Below, in pieces: positions 51,017 to 62,976 of a stretch of 64,000 nt of DNA. Where the stretch lies: contig CP145415.1 in assembly GCA_036867785.1 (NCBI GenBank), forward strand, positions 930,001 through 994,000. The letters are read 5' to 3'. The first letter of the stretch is position 1. Every line of letters begins with the position of its first letter. Position numbers and translations under genes: made by a program. The notes beneath the pieces were generated by a model. The model saw nothing but the letters and a program-made list of their open reading frames with translations, was not told the DNA's origin and searched no databases. Origin of the DNA: Plasmodiophora brassicae (lineage: Eukaryota).

Positions 51017-51429
51017 TCACGAGTGCTGGTGAATGTCCTTAAAGACGCCCATGCGCCAGAGCACCAGCAACACAAAGCCCAGCACAAGTAGGGTCAGCAT
51101 CGCCGTGTAACGATACGATTGCCAGCCTGCGCCCCAGCAATCTCATTCCGCAGTCCAAATGACAACGACGGGACGTACAGAAATTTCGCCTGGCCTGCCC
51201 GGCCTTCTTATTGAACGCGCTGGCGTGCGACTCCAACCTATCAGCCTTCATGTCCAGTTCGTCTAGCTTGTCGCCACGATCCAGCGTTGTCTCGATGTTC
51301 TTCTTCATAACGTCCTACACGACAACGCAGCTGTTATACCTGGACGGACACGATACGCCTGAGGCCTACCTTGGTACGCTCGATCTCGACCTGGACGTCC
51401 TTCATCTTGACGTCGCGTTCGGCCGCCAT
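51017..51429 (-). CDS. Synaptobrevin/VAMP-type R-SNARE, short form (3 exons)
   Basis: DVQVEIERTK/DVMKKNIETTLDRGDKLDELDMKADRLESHASAF with zero-layer Arg; C-terminal TM. Confidence 0.92.
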
Positions 51430-51636
51430 AGCTGGCGTATCGTCAACTTGACAATGGGGTACGCGCGCGCACGGATGACTCAAACCAGCGAATATCTCGC
51501 TGGGTGAAGATAACAACAAAACCTCCAGGCAACACTCAGCCACGCCCGTGCATGCGCGCTTCTCGTTACCCAACGAAAGAGTGGGACCTCAAACCCGTGT
51601 CAGGCATTTATTTCACAGTAGTCGGGGTACCATCAT

Positions 51637-52051
51637 TTAGTGCTTGCTGAACGCACCGGCAATCCAGAGCACAATAACGAGGATCAGCACGACAATGAGG
51701 AACAGTGCAATAGAGTTACGCCATGATTGCCAGCCTATTTGCCATAACGCACAACATCAGAGAACTCATCGGCGGCGTACGTGGAGACACGAACTGACAG
51801 TAAGCTCTTTTGGCCTGGCCAGTTTTCTTCTTGAACGTTTGCGCCTGGGAGTTAAGTCTGTCCGCCTTCGCCTCCATCTCATCAAGCTGGTCGCCGCGAT
51901 CTAGCGTCGCCTCAATGTTCTTCTTCATGACACCCTATCGACGTCGTCAATCGGATGGACAAAACAGGACGACAGCCAACGTGGCGACCTTGGTCCGATC
52001 TATCTCGATCTGGATCTCCTCCATCTTTGCGCGCTGCGCCGACGACGCCAT
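51637..52051 (-). CDS. Synaptobrevin/VAMP-type R-SNARE, short form (3 exons)
   Basis: EEIQIEIDRTK/GVMKKNIEATLDRGDQLDEMEAKADRL; C-terminal TM IALFLIVVLILVIVLWIAG. Confidence 0.92.
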
Positions 52052-52886
52052 GGGTGCGACTCAACCAGGACGTCACGTCACGCTCACCCGACACGGTCGA
52101 CGGACGGAAGTGATCTGTGGCACCTCCGACGGACGGGCACGGCAAAATCTAAATCCGTCGCGCGCAGCCCTGTCCTCCCAGTCGACCACTTATGCCACCT
52201 GATCCGTGGCCCACTGCCAAACGGCACGACACCCCGCGCCGCTGTCCAGATCAGTGTTCTCGAACACGGCGACCCTAGGCAACGTACGTGGTTGGTACAC
52301 GTTTGATCTTCGAGTATCACCCGTCTAGGCAGTCGCGTCTGGGGCATCATGATAATACCTGACCCGAAGCGTGAATCTACGGGCGGATGCATGGAGCCCA
52401 AATGCTATGCGAATCCATCACAACAGGCAGCCGCCGCGAACTCTGCTGACCAATGTCACATTTACGTTTTCATTCTGCGGTGTCGGGTTCCTTAGGGCTA
52501 ACGAACGTGCATCTGGAAGTGATGCATCCAGTTTGTGGTGCTCGACGATGGGTAGAACAGTTGAGTTCCGGGCGATCGTCGCACGCGCCCGATGCCAAGG
52601 TCAGGGCACAGTTCGTCGTCGTCAAAGACGTTACATCCGTCGCTGCTGGATTACATAGGACCCACGATGGCACTGTGCCTAGGTGCAGGGACAGGAGTCA
52701 GGGGCCACGGTAGCTAATCCCATTCGTTCCGTCACATAAACCTGCAGACAAGGCCTTCCTACAACGAACCCATGGGACCCACTCTTCCTGAAATATACAG
52801 AATAGAAACGACGCCGAAGACACTGCAATTATGACCAGGAAAGGGCGTAGTAGGTATAGTGGCAGACTTCAACGGAATTGTTGCAT

Positions 52887-53964
52887 TCACTTTGTTATAT
52901 GATCGGCCGTGCCATCGGCAGATGCGCGATGAGCGGGTTTGACGAGGATTTTATCGCTAGCCGTCCCCTTGTCGGCGAACGGGTCCTTTGTCTTCCACGC
53001 CGCGTACGAGTCCCGAGGGGCAATGCACCTCTGAATCGTCAGCAGCTCGCCGATCTCCCAGATACGCCATACAAACATCGGGAACATGACCAAATGGAAG
53101 GTGTTCTGGACGATGTTGAACACGGTATGCAGGATCAGTACGGCGGTCATGACACGAACGCGGTTCAACGCCTGCGCGAACAGTGTGTTCCTTGACAGGT
53201 CGTGTGCCCTGACAGCGTATTCCGCTACTACGATTAACAAGATAGAGATCCCAGTCTGCGCCTCCAGCTGGTACGTGTACGCCGCCCAGATGCCATAGTT
53301 CGTGCCCATGTTGGCCAGGCAGGAGATCCTGGTATGCAGTCAGATCGCAAACCGTAGTCAGCGACCCAGATCAGCATACGTACGTGGCAATGACCGGGCT
53401 CCAGATCGAGATGAAGATTAAGAATTTCTCGATACCGGAGATGGAATTGCGGTTGGAGAGTTCAGCAAGGGTCGACCGAGCGATCTCGCCGAGGCGAGCA
53501 GTCAGCAGCCAGATCGTCGAGACGAAACACGACAATGCGACGAGGTTGGGGATGACCCAATTGCTGAAGTAGCCCGACGCTTCGACCACGCCGATACTGT
53601 TCAGGTAGTTCCCCAGCGTCCAATGGACGCTATACCCGACAACGAACAGGCTGTACACTGAGGATGGCAGGCATAGGTTAAACGTGACGTTGCCATTACG
53701 ACGACAATAGAGGTTGCTCTTACGAATGAAAATGCCGCTCTTGAGCTGCCATGGATGTTTGATGGCGTCGATGGCCCTATCCTTATGCTCCTGCCAGTAA
53801 TGTGCAATGAAAGTGAAGACGAGGGCGATGGCAATGCCGGTGGCAAGCACGAACAGGAACATGTATTCGGGCGGGTCGGCGCATGCTTCGGGTGACAGCG
53901 TCTGGACGCAGTTGGTCATGGCCAGGGCGGTCACTTCCTCTGGCGTCAGACAGGTAGTCGCCAT
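52887..53964 (-). CDS. Orphan multi-pass (about 7 TM) membrane protein, paralog A (3 exons)
   Basis: Hydrophobic helices across ORFs 53371..53964 and 52887..53309; highly similar to the gene at 56316-57378. Confidence 0.8.
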
Positions 53965-54959
53965 CCTAGCCGTCGGACGCTGCCGCTGTCAGCCTCTATA
54001 GTGCTCTGTACCCGAGGGATCGCAGGGACGCCGGCTCAGAGATAGATAGGGCCTGATATGAACTCAACCAGTCACATGCAGACCCAGCTGAAACGTTCCG
54101 ACCCGAACATGCGGGTCCTGTACATACAGAACGTGAGACGCCCTGGCCCTTTGCATTCGACGATAATCCGTACCGGTGCATGGCGTTCGCCCAAAAGTGT
54201 GGGCCGCGTTAGCAGACGTCCTGCGGTATGCATCGCTGATGGCGCAGTAGTCGCAGGTACGCGAGCAGGCGCCTCGAAACGTCGGGGACCTGCGACATGC
54301 GGTTCCGAACACAACGCAGGCAGGCAGGCAGGCGTTGCCCGGCACGCAGTTGACAAGGAGGTCGGCGACGAGCTTGGCTGGTCACCCCTCCATCGATGGC
54401 ATGGTGCAGGGCCGGGGGGCGGCATGTCAAGTCGTAGCAATCGTCGGACAGCCAGGGCGCCGCCGGGCCTGCGCCACGTTGTACCCGCCCCGCTTCGACG
54501 GCAGACCTGTGATGCCAGCGTGTCAGCGGGCCTGGATGACTGTGCAGCAGGCGATGATTCGTACCCGTCCCCAAGGTGCAGTGCTATCTCGTAGACGCGT
54601 CGGAGGCGTCCAACAGGCCGTATTGAGGTCGTAGTGGCGGCGTAGACACGGGCCGCAGTTCGGCGCCGCCGTTGTCGCTCGCGCAGGCAGGGCAGGCAGG
54701 CGCGTCTGCCGGGACGACCCTGCGCCGTACGGTGCCGAAGTCGACTGGATATCGGGCGGCAATGTACGACATCGCAGTGCATGGGCGGCATTGGCGGCAG
54801 CGTTGTCGGGTCGTCAGTCGCGCCGACGACGCCCGCCACTGAGTCGGCACCTGCTCGGGCAGCGATGACGACTTTGGAAAACAAGCCGCCGCATTCCGCA
54901 GACACGCCATGCGCCTCGATTTTCAAACAGGTTCCTCTGCGCGGGTGGAACAATGGCAC

Positions 54960-55240
54960 ACCAACGACGGCGACGTGATCGCCGAGAGGCCATGCCGTGA
55001 CGTTCGCGACACACTCGACAGCATGCTGGGCCTCGGTGCACCCGCGCAGAGGCGCCTGTTTGAAAATCGGCCCGATTCTACAAGGTTGAACGGGCCACGT
55101 CAGCCGCATCAATCTGACGAACCACGATCAACTCGACCTGCTGCACTGCAGGCCAAAGAGGTCGGCCGAGCTGATCAACTTCTGGCTCAGGACCTTCGTC
55201 CTGCCGAGCGGTACGGCGTCAATATATCACTTCCATGCCA
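54960..55240 (+). pseudogene. Probable frameshifted fragment of a DUF3638/DUF3645-type large protein
   Basis: VRDTLDSMLGLGAPAQRRLFE followed, after a frame change near 55093, by VSRINLTNHDQLDLLH...LINFWLRTFVLP; resemblance recalled from family motifs, not searched. Confidence 0.4.
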
Positions 55241-56315
55241 GCGTCGGCCATCCCTGGGCCGCGGTGGAAGCGAGTGTGGCGCGGGTACGAAGCGGCGACG
55301 GTTGGATCGCGATCAGCAGCGAGACCGGCGACTGCACCGGCAGAGACGGACGAAAGGGGGCCAAGCGGGATTGGGAACCCACAACGTTTTTCGAATCGGG
55401 GGCGACGTGAATATCCGGCACTGTGGACTGTCATTTGCTATTCGTCGGCTTCGGGTCATGGATCAGTCGTCCGGGGTGCGGGCCATCGTGACGTCTCTGC
55501 CGACTTCGCGAATGAACTGTCCTGGTCGCCGCGAGGCCGGGATATAGTGGCGATCGTCATCAGAGAGCAGGCGTTCGCGTGGCGGCCGGTTGAAATGGAA
55601 GCTGGTCATCGCTGCTCCTGCTGGGCAACCAGCAACGTAGGCAAGCGCAGCCGGGCATGCAGACGGTGGCGCTGGCGGCGCCCTTGTTCGCTGTGCCCGA
55701 CATCGGATGATGGGTTTTGGGCAGGGACTCGAACGAACAACCGCAGCGATCAACAGGGGGTAGGCGTCGCCTCAGACGTGGGGCTGGGTTCCCTCAACCC
55801 TGGCAATGCGCCATAGCGACGGCAGCCGCCTCCTGCCCATCACATGTCAGAGGCCATGGTCGTTGGTTTTCCGCGTGGTCAGCAACTCGACGATCTCCCA
55901 GATACGCGAGATGTGTGATCTAGTGGACTTTCTGGCTTGTTGTTGGTAATGACCGTGAATGGTGCGTTACCGGCGCTCAAGGTGTTTGCTGGGAGCAGGA
56001 TTGATAGCATGCTGTACGACTGAGCACAGGTATGGCCAATTATGTGTACTGATCTGTGCCTCGCTCGTCATGTATGGGAATGCCCTATAGTGACCTTGTC
56101 AGGTTTACCCGACGTGGCCTTTGTGACGTACGTCCGAATTGTCGAGACGCAAGCGTAGTCTTTATTGAATACAGAAACAGGCAAGAGACCCGCTTGTGGA
56201 TATCGGCTTGATCTGCGGGCGCGGCGTGGTAAAGCATGACGAAATGGTGAGACATGTGTGGAATAGATACGCGGTTGTCAAATATGGCATTTCAGAGATG
56301 GGGGAGGTGCAGCAT

Positions 56316-57378
56316 TCAGCTTCGGGCGACGATGGGGTCCCCGGACGTATGTCGATTCTTGCTGGTGACTATATCGCCGGCCACGGTGCCTTGCTTGGTG
56401 AGACCGCCTTTGGTCGCCGTCGAATGCGACTTCGCGTCGCTGCCAATGTTCAGGCACTTCTGGATGGTCAACAGCTCGCTGATCTCCCAGATACGCCAGA
56501 CGAACATGGGGAACATGACCACATGCAACGTATTCTGGAGGATGTTGAACAGAGTGTGCAGAACAAGCACGGCGGTCATAGCGCGAACACGGGCCAGAGC
56601 GCTCGTGAAGAGGGCGTTGCTCGACAAGTCATTCGTCCTCACCGCGTATTCTGCGCCGATGATCAATATGATCGAGACGGCGACCTGCACTTCCAGCTGG
56701 TACGTGTACGCCGCCCAGATGCCATAGTTCGTCCCCATGTTGGCCAGGCAAAGGATCCTGGAACGCCATCAGATAATTGTTAGCGGGGACGGATTCACCC
56801 CTACGTGGCAATGATTGGGCTCGCAACCGAGATCACGATCAGGACCTTCTCGATGTGGGAGACCGAGTTGCGGGTGGACAGTTCAGCGAGAGACGAACGG
56901 GCGATTTCACCAAGGCGAGCGGTCAGCAGCCAGATCGTCGACACGAAACACGACAACGCAATGAGGTTCGGAATGACCCAATCGCTGAAGTAGGCGGACA
57001 CGGCCGCCACGCCGACACTGTTCAGGTAGTTGCCCAGCGTCCAGTGGATGCTGTACCCAAACGTAAACAGGCAGTACACTGAGGGCAGCAGGGTCGATCA
57101 GTGCACAACATGACGACTGGAAGAGCAGATCACTGACGAATGAAGATGCCGCTCTTGAGCTGCCATGGGCGCTTGATAGCGTCGACGGCGCGGTCCATGT
57201 GCTCATGCCAGTAGCGCATGACGAACGTGAAGACGAGCGTAATGCCGATGCCGGTGGCGAACACGAACAGGAACATGTTGCCGGGTGGATCCCCGCATAT
57301 GCCGGGCGCCAGCGACAGGACACAGTTGGTCATGGTCAAGTCGGACGCGCTCGGCAATGCCGGGCACGGGGTCGTCAT
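56316..57378 (-). CDS. Orphan multi-pass (about 7 TM) membrane protein, paralog B (3 exons)
   Basis: Shares blocks with paralog A (PWQLKSGIFIR, HWTLGNYLNS, ALSCFVSTIWLLTARLGEIARS, MGTNYGIWAAYTYQLE, MFPMFVWRIWEI) and the same intron positions. Confidence 0.8.
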
Positions 57379-58152
57379 CTGGACGGGCCGAACTCAATGC
57401 CACCCAGAAGGCGCACCCTCGAGATAGTCCACACGAAGGGCACAGTAGGCTTCCCTTAATGGTGGAGGTGGTACCCTGCTCCATTACCCGCTCCTAAAGT
57501 AGGGACGACCTTGCAGAGTGTGCTCATCCCATCACAGGACCTTGCTGGTTTGCGATCCGTCCACCAGGCGCTCGAAGAGTACCCTGCTGTACGATGGTGA
57601 ATACGCTTGGGAGTGCTCTGACCAAGGGGGATGACCGATGTCTTTCGGCGTCGTGACGACACGATTCTGACACCGATGACGGCGATAGTCCGTCTTCATC
57701 TCTTCATACAGCAATTGCAGGCTGATGTGAACCATACGATTCACAGGCGGTGGGCACATCCTGTAGCGATAGGCTCTCAGGAGGTCTAGTGCGGTCCGTT
57801 TGCACATGATGACGAACGATACTGATTGTCACCTTCTCGATGACCCATACGAAAGACAATGCCTGAAAGAGAGATGTGCAGACGCTGCTGTCGTCGCTGA
57901 GGCAGGCAACTCGCCACCTGCAATGCGGCCCTGCGCTGATGGGGCGGACACTCGATGGCATGGAGTGGAGACGGGCGCGACCGGTCGGAACGCGGACAGC
58001 ATTGATCTGGTGATCAGTCGGCGTGACTCCCACTGTGCCTGTGCGGCTGGCTGGGCGTGGCCATCCATTCTGGTATACCGACGATCGCAGACGACGGCCT
58101 AGGCATTCGCACGTCGCCGCATTAGGGACAGGGAGACACGTAATCTGTTGGC

Positions 58153-58483
58153 ATGTCGAACCCGAGCAAGGAAGACGAGATCCGCCTCGAGATCGAGCGG
58201 ACAAAGGTTGGTGGCGCGCGTCGCGTTCCACGCGCGCGGGTCTGACTGTGTGCGACAGGGCGTCATGAAGAACAACATCGAGAAGACGCTGCAGCGTGGC
58301 GACAAGCTGAACGAGCTCGACAGCAAGGCCGAGAAGCTGAACGCGCACGCGAGCACCTTCCAGAAGTCGTCCAAGAAGGTCAACCGCAAGTTCTGCCTGC
58401 AGAACGCCAAATGGACCATCCTGCTCGTCCTCATCATCCTGATCATTCTCGCCCTCCTGATCTGGTACTTTGTCAAGGACTGA
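58153..58483 (+). CDS. Synaptobrevin/VAMP-type R-SNARE, short form (2 exons)
   Basis: MSNPSKEDEIRLEIERTK/GVMKNNIEKTLQRGDKLNELDSKAEKL; C-terminal TM. Confidence 0.93.
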
Positions 58484-58576
58484 ACCACTGATACAACTAC
58501 GTTTGTGTCCAGTCTGGCATTCAACGACTCCACGTTGTCGCTTTCAGACAGTCTTCGTAGGACGATGAGGTCAATG

Positions 58577-61500
58577 TTATTTCCTGTCAAGGCTTCGTAG
58601 TTCGACCTGCAGGCGCTGGATTCGTTGCCGAGACTCTTGTAGGCCCATCGCAGCCCTGGACTCGATCGACGCCAGATTCGTCCGTGACGAGGTCATGCGC
58701 CCCTCGACACGTTGCTTGATGATTTCGAGCCTCTGGCCCAAGGCCACCAGGGTTAGGACCCAGGACTCAGCCATCGGACGCGCGTTATCCCACCTGCTGC
58801 AGGAGTGTTTGCATTTGATCATCTTCCGTTAGCAGCTGCGTGCCATCTACCACAACGACGACTTGGCGTGGCTATGGAATGGTTCAACGTGAACAGTACC
58901 TTGCACAGATTGCCGGTTGCGTTGGTAGACGTCATAGGCGCGCTGCTGTGCGGCCAGCTTGGGGACACCGGTTAGTATGTAGCAATATACTATTGGGAAG
59001 ACGGTATTGGAGCACCTGTTGTTCCAGTGATGCAATGACGGCCGCCTGTTGCATCTGCTGGTTGTCCATCGTTGTCGTCAGCGTTGCAATCTTCAACGAC
59101 ATGTCCTGCATCTGTTGCCGCTGCTGTGCGACCTTGTTCAGGGCGACCTCCAGGTCCTGGCGAGAGCACGTCAGCTGACGATTGACGGCAGTCGGAGGCG
59201 ACGCTGACCATACCGCTGCCGTTGCCTTTCGTTCCCGAGCCAGTGCGGCTTCTCGTTTACGGGACGCGTTCAGTGCCTCAGTCAGCGAGGAGATTTCCGC
59301 GTCCTGTTTCGCGATCGTGTCCTCCATCGTCGCCATCTTCGACTGATTGTGTGCGAACCGGACCATCCAGTCTTGCACCTGAGCTAGGGCGGCATCAAGT
59401 TGAGGGTTGCCCTGTACCACTGGGCCTCAGATTGCTAAGCCCAAACGTTGGTGACAGTACGACCTGGGTGCTGTGCTCGCTGCCATCGTCATGAGTCTGG
59501 ACGGCTTGGGTCACCCTCGGCTGTTCTTGGACAGTCTTTGTCAGCGAGAGACAGTCCTGCTCCAGCGACTGAATCTGCATCGCCAGGGTCAGGCAGGCAG
59601 TATCCCCCCAGAGCGACATGAATACCCTTTTCTGGAGGAGGTCGATCTGCTCTTGGTAATGCAGATGAATTTCCACGTACGACGCCGCGGGCCCTGCTTC
59701 CGTACGATCTTCCCTGTCTGTCATCTCTCTGGTTTCCATGGCCTGGGTCGTTCCAGGGCCATCGACCACAGTAGCAGTTGGAGGCGATGAAGACGGTTTC
59801 TCAGTTGCTGTCAACATTGGTGCTTTGACAGATGGAGCGGACGATGAAAATTCCAACGATGATCCAAAACTGCTCGAAGCCTGTTTGAGTCGAGCACTCG
59901 CCGGCGAATGGGTCGCCGGTTTCGGTTTCGGTTCGCTATCTCCAGGATCGTCGGCTTTAGCCTGAGGCGAAGGCACTGGTGACATGGGGATCTCTTCAAA
60001 TGCTGCATTCCTGGGAGATGAGCATTCCATCGACGCTTGGTTGAATCGGATCGGGACTGGAATATGACTAGTCGATGGCCCTTCTCCCAGCGGGTGTTCG
60101 CGCTCGCCAAGCGGCTCCGCTAGCGATACGTCGTTCGAACTGAACAAGACCATCTCTGACGGCGCTGGGGATGGTTGTTCAGGGGATGCAGGCCGCTCGA
60201 AAACGCTGACAGCAGTCGGCATAGACGTGGTTGGCACAGACGCCGGTGGAGGTGGTGGTGGTGGTGACGGTGACCTACTGCTGTCGTTGCTGCGGCTTGC
60301 CTGGCTAGGCGTACCGTCCGAGAACCCGAAGTCAAGATGGTCCTGGTCACGTGCAGGAGATGCGGCCAAGACTGGAGAAGCGCTCGATACCTGTGGAGGC
60401 AGGTCCGTTCGAATCTGGAACGCTGGTGGCACGGCGTCTTCCCTGGTGTGATCGTCGTCACTGAACGCCGACGATGGTTCGTCGGTCGGTCCCGGGTCGA
60501 GAGCGGAACGGTGCGATTCGACTTCGATATCGTCAATGGGTTCGATGGCGGTAATAGCGACGGGTGCCGGTGGTGGATCCGCCGGCTGCATCTTATCAAT
60601 CGTCCATTCCTTCTGTTTAGCGGCGGCGGTGACCCGCGCCCGGAACGACGGCCCGAACAAGACGCTGCCCGTGTCAGCAATAGCGCTGAATAGGTTGAGG
60701 AAGTTCCCTATCTGTAGCGTGTTTCGAGAGCTGAACGCCGGACTCATGCAGATGCTTAACGATTTCGCTGTCGACTTTGTCACGTTCGCGTTTTCGATCT
60801 AACCGCAAGGTCATTACACGAACGACGGGCCAGCACGATCTCGGCTACCTGATGAACAGCCAAGATGGAGAGGGCCATCAAGATGTCCCTGTTGACCGGT
60901 GGCAGTAGGGCAATCAGGTCCCGAAACGCTTCCGGAGCTACGACCGACGCTGGTCACGGGAACGACGACGTGACCGAACTGTCATGACCATACCAGTGGC
61001 GCTCTCGAACTGTTTCACCAGCTTCTCCGACAGGATTGTCTCCTGCCGCAGGACCAGTCAGCGGCGATTATTATGCTCGGCGCTGGTCCCAACCGGAAGC
61101 TTCCGCAGAAGGTGCTTGATGACGCAGGCGACGTCGAAGACTGTGGCGTCCGGGGCGTCTAAAGAGGAAACGCCGTCCAGCATGTAGATCTGCTCGCAGA
61201 TGCGATCGATCGCAGACTTCGTACCCGGCACGCGGAACAGGCCCTCGACATCGTTCCCTGCGGGCGAGCAACTCACGACGGCGCCATGTGATGAGTGTTG
61301 GTCAGCGCAGACCATGGGCGTCGCAGTACTGGATGGCGTGGAGCAATGCTGCACTGATGTGGCGGGGGATCCCGATGGAGTCGCTGGAGATTGCTGCGTC
61401 TGCCGACACCAGAGGCCATACCTAGCCAGTAGTCGAACGCGTTGTCAGTCGAAGGTCGTGACATTGTACGAAAGGAGCGCGTTGACCTGCAGGTTCGCAA

Positions 61501-61771
61501 TCCAAGCGTTGCGTTCGCGCTGAGAGGGCGCACGAAACCAGTACAGTCGCTCGGGCGATTCGAGCCAGAACTCGCGTTCGCTTGCGTCGCCATCGGTTGG
61601 ACCGACCGCTGTGCATGACGTCAGGTCGATGCGGCCTTTGGAGTCGCCCGTGCAGTCGTAGTCGTCCCGCTTCGCGTAGTACACTAGCGCGAGCCCTTCT
61701 ATCGCGAAGTACCGTTGCTGGAACTTGCGAAAGATCGCCCCGGATGTCTGCTTCTCCAAGTAGCCCTGCAT
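58577..61771 (-). CDS. PH domain + RhoGAP domain + Ser/Pro-rich linker + coiled-coil protein, multi-exon
   Basis: PH domain MQGYLEKQ...FQQRYFAI...KGRIDL...ERNAWIANL; RhoGAP EGLFRVPG (Arg finger), DVACVIKHLLRKLP, LPPVNRDIL, SLSICMSP; coiled-coil terminal exons. Confidence 0.88.
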
Positions 61772-61931
61772 CGGCTACACTGGTGGTTCGACGTCCCTAT
61801 CGGCACGTCATCGCCAACGTGAAGAAATGCATTTCGGCATGGACTCGGGACGTGTTCCCGTCACAGCAGGGGTGCGACTGAGAAGAACACAGCGGAATGC
61901 GGAGGGCGCAAAAATATAAAAATAGTCGAGA

Positions 61932-62004
61932 AGCCCCTGCCGAGATTCGAACTCGGAATCTCGTGCTCCGTAGGCACGCGCCTTGACCATTGGGCCACAG
62001 GAGC
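61932..62004 (-). tRNA. tRNA-Arg (anticodon ACG)
   Basis: Acceptor stem GCTCCTG/CAGGGGC; D-loop TGG; anticodon stem CGTGC/GCACG with loop CT-ACG-GA; T-arm CCGAG-TTCGAAT-CTCGG; downstream T-run Pol III terminator. Confidence 0.96.
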
Positions 62005-62025
62005 TAACTGCTGACAGTGCAGTTC

Positions 62026-62864
62026 ATGGAGACAGACATGAGCCATTATTGCAGCACGTTCGGGCCCAGTTCCCGCGGCCAGACTGACACAATACAACAA
62101 TCTGTACGTCCCATAACGGTACGCCCGGCATTTATGATGATGCCCAGCTGTCATCGCGTCTCATTATTTCCCGCACTGCGCCTTACGTTACCCCAACGGT
62201 TGTCGTGTTCCACGGCAACGGCTGCACGTTGCAGGATGACTACACGCTTAAGGATTGGTACGCCACACGTAGCTTCAACGTCAAACGTACCGCGGGTACC
62301 CGGGCAGCACAGGCGGCATTGTTAAATCCGGCGAGCTTGGCATCTTCTACGACGTCCAAGCTGTTATCAGCGAGCGCGTCCTCCGGCGTGGCGTCCCCCG
62401 GGACACGATCCTGGTCGATGGCGTGTCAATGGGCGGCGCATACGCCGCCATGCCCGCCAAGCACTACAACCTGCCATGCACGCTGGGCCATACGTTCACG
62501 ACCGCCGACGCCATGATCGCTAAAGTCCCCGCCTCAGTGGTACCGTCGAACCCGGAAGGCCCGACGCTGAGAGGGTTCGCGTCGGGAGTGTCGAGCAGCG
62601 CCTTCCGAGTCGGCTTGTATGATCGTCTCCCTGCCGAAGCCGGGTTTCTCGAACCCAACACCCCGTTTCTTTCCGACGGCATGCGAACCATCGACAAGAC
62701 TGGAGCGTCCCGGGTCAGCGTGTTCGTCCTGTTCGGCGCCGAGGTACGGCCCCGATGATGTCGGAGAGCGGATGCCGACGCTCACGATGGCCGTCCCTGG
62801 GGGTCACCAGGAATTCTTCACCGTCCACCGCCGTGTGTCCGACGCCTACGACGTGTACATGTAG
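62026..62864 (+). CDS. Hypothetical protein, multi-exon
   Basis: Consecutive coding-like segments (DDYTLKDWYATRSF, KHYNLPCTLGHTF, FLEPNTPFLSDGMRTID, GHQEFFTVHRR...DVYM*) with intron-like gaps; start uncertain. Confidence 0.5.
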
Positions 62865-62976
62865 GGGCCTGTTCCCGCTCCAACACTGACCCTGTATGTT
62901 CCATGTCCCACAACGGTACGCCCGTGCGATCGCGTCTAGGTCGTTGTCATGGTGGACCTGTGGTGAACGACGCGCT

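Noticed and set aside
54200-55050. Minus-strand phrases resembling MCM-family motifs (GDHVAVVGV...IEAHGV; AVEAG; ALHHAIDGG)
   Set aside because: No Walker A/B or arginine finger, pieces lie in inconsistent frames, and they partly overlap a more convincing plus-strand fragment; probably chance
57490-58100. Short ORFs between 7TM paralog B and the third R-SNARE
   Set aside because: No motif or consistent exon structure could be supported
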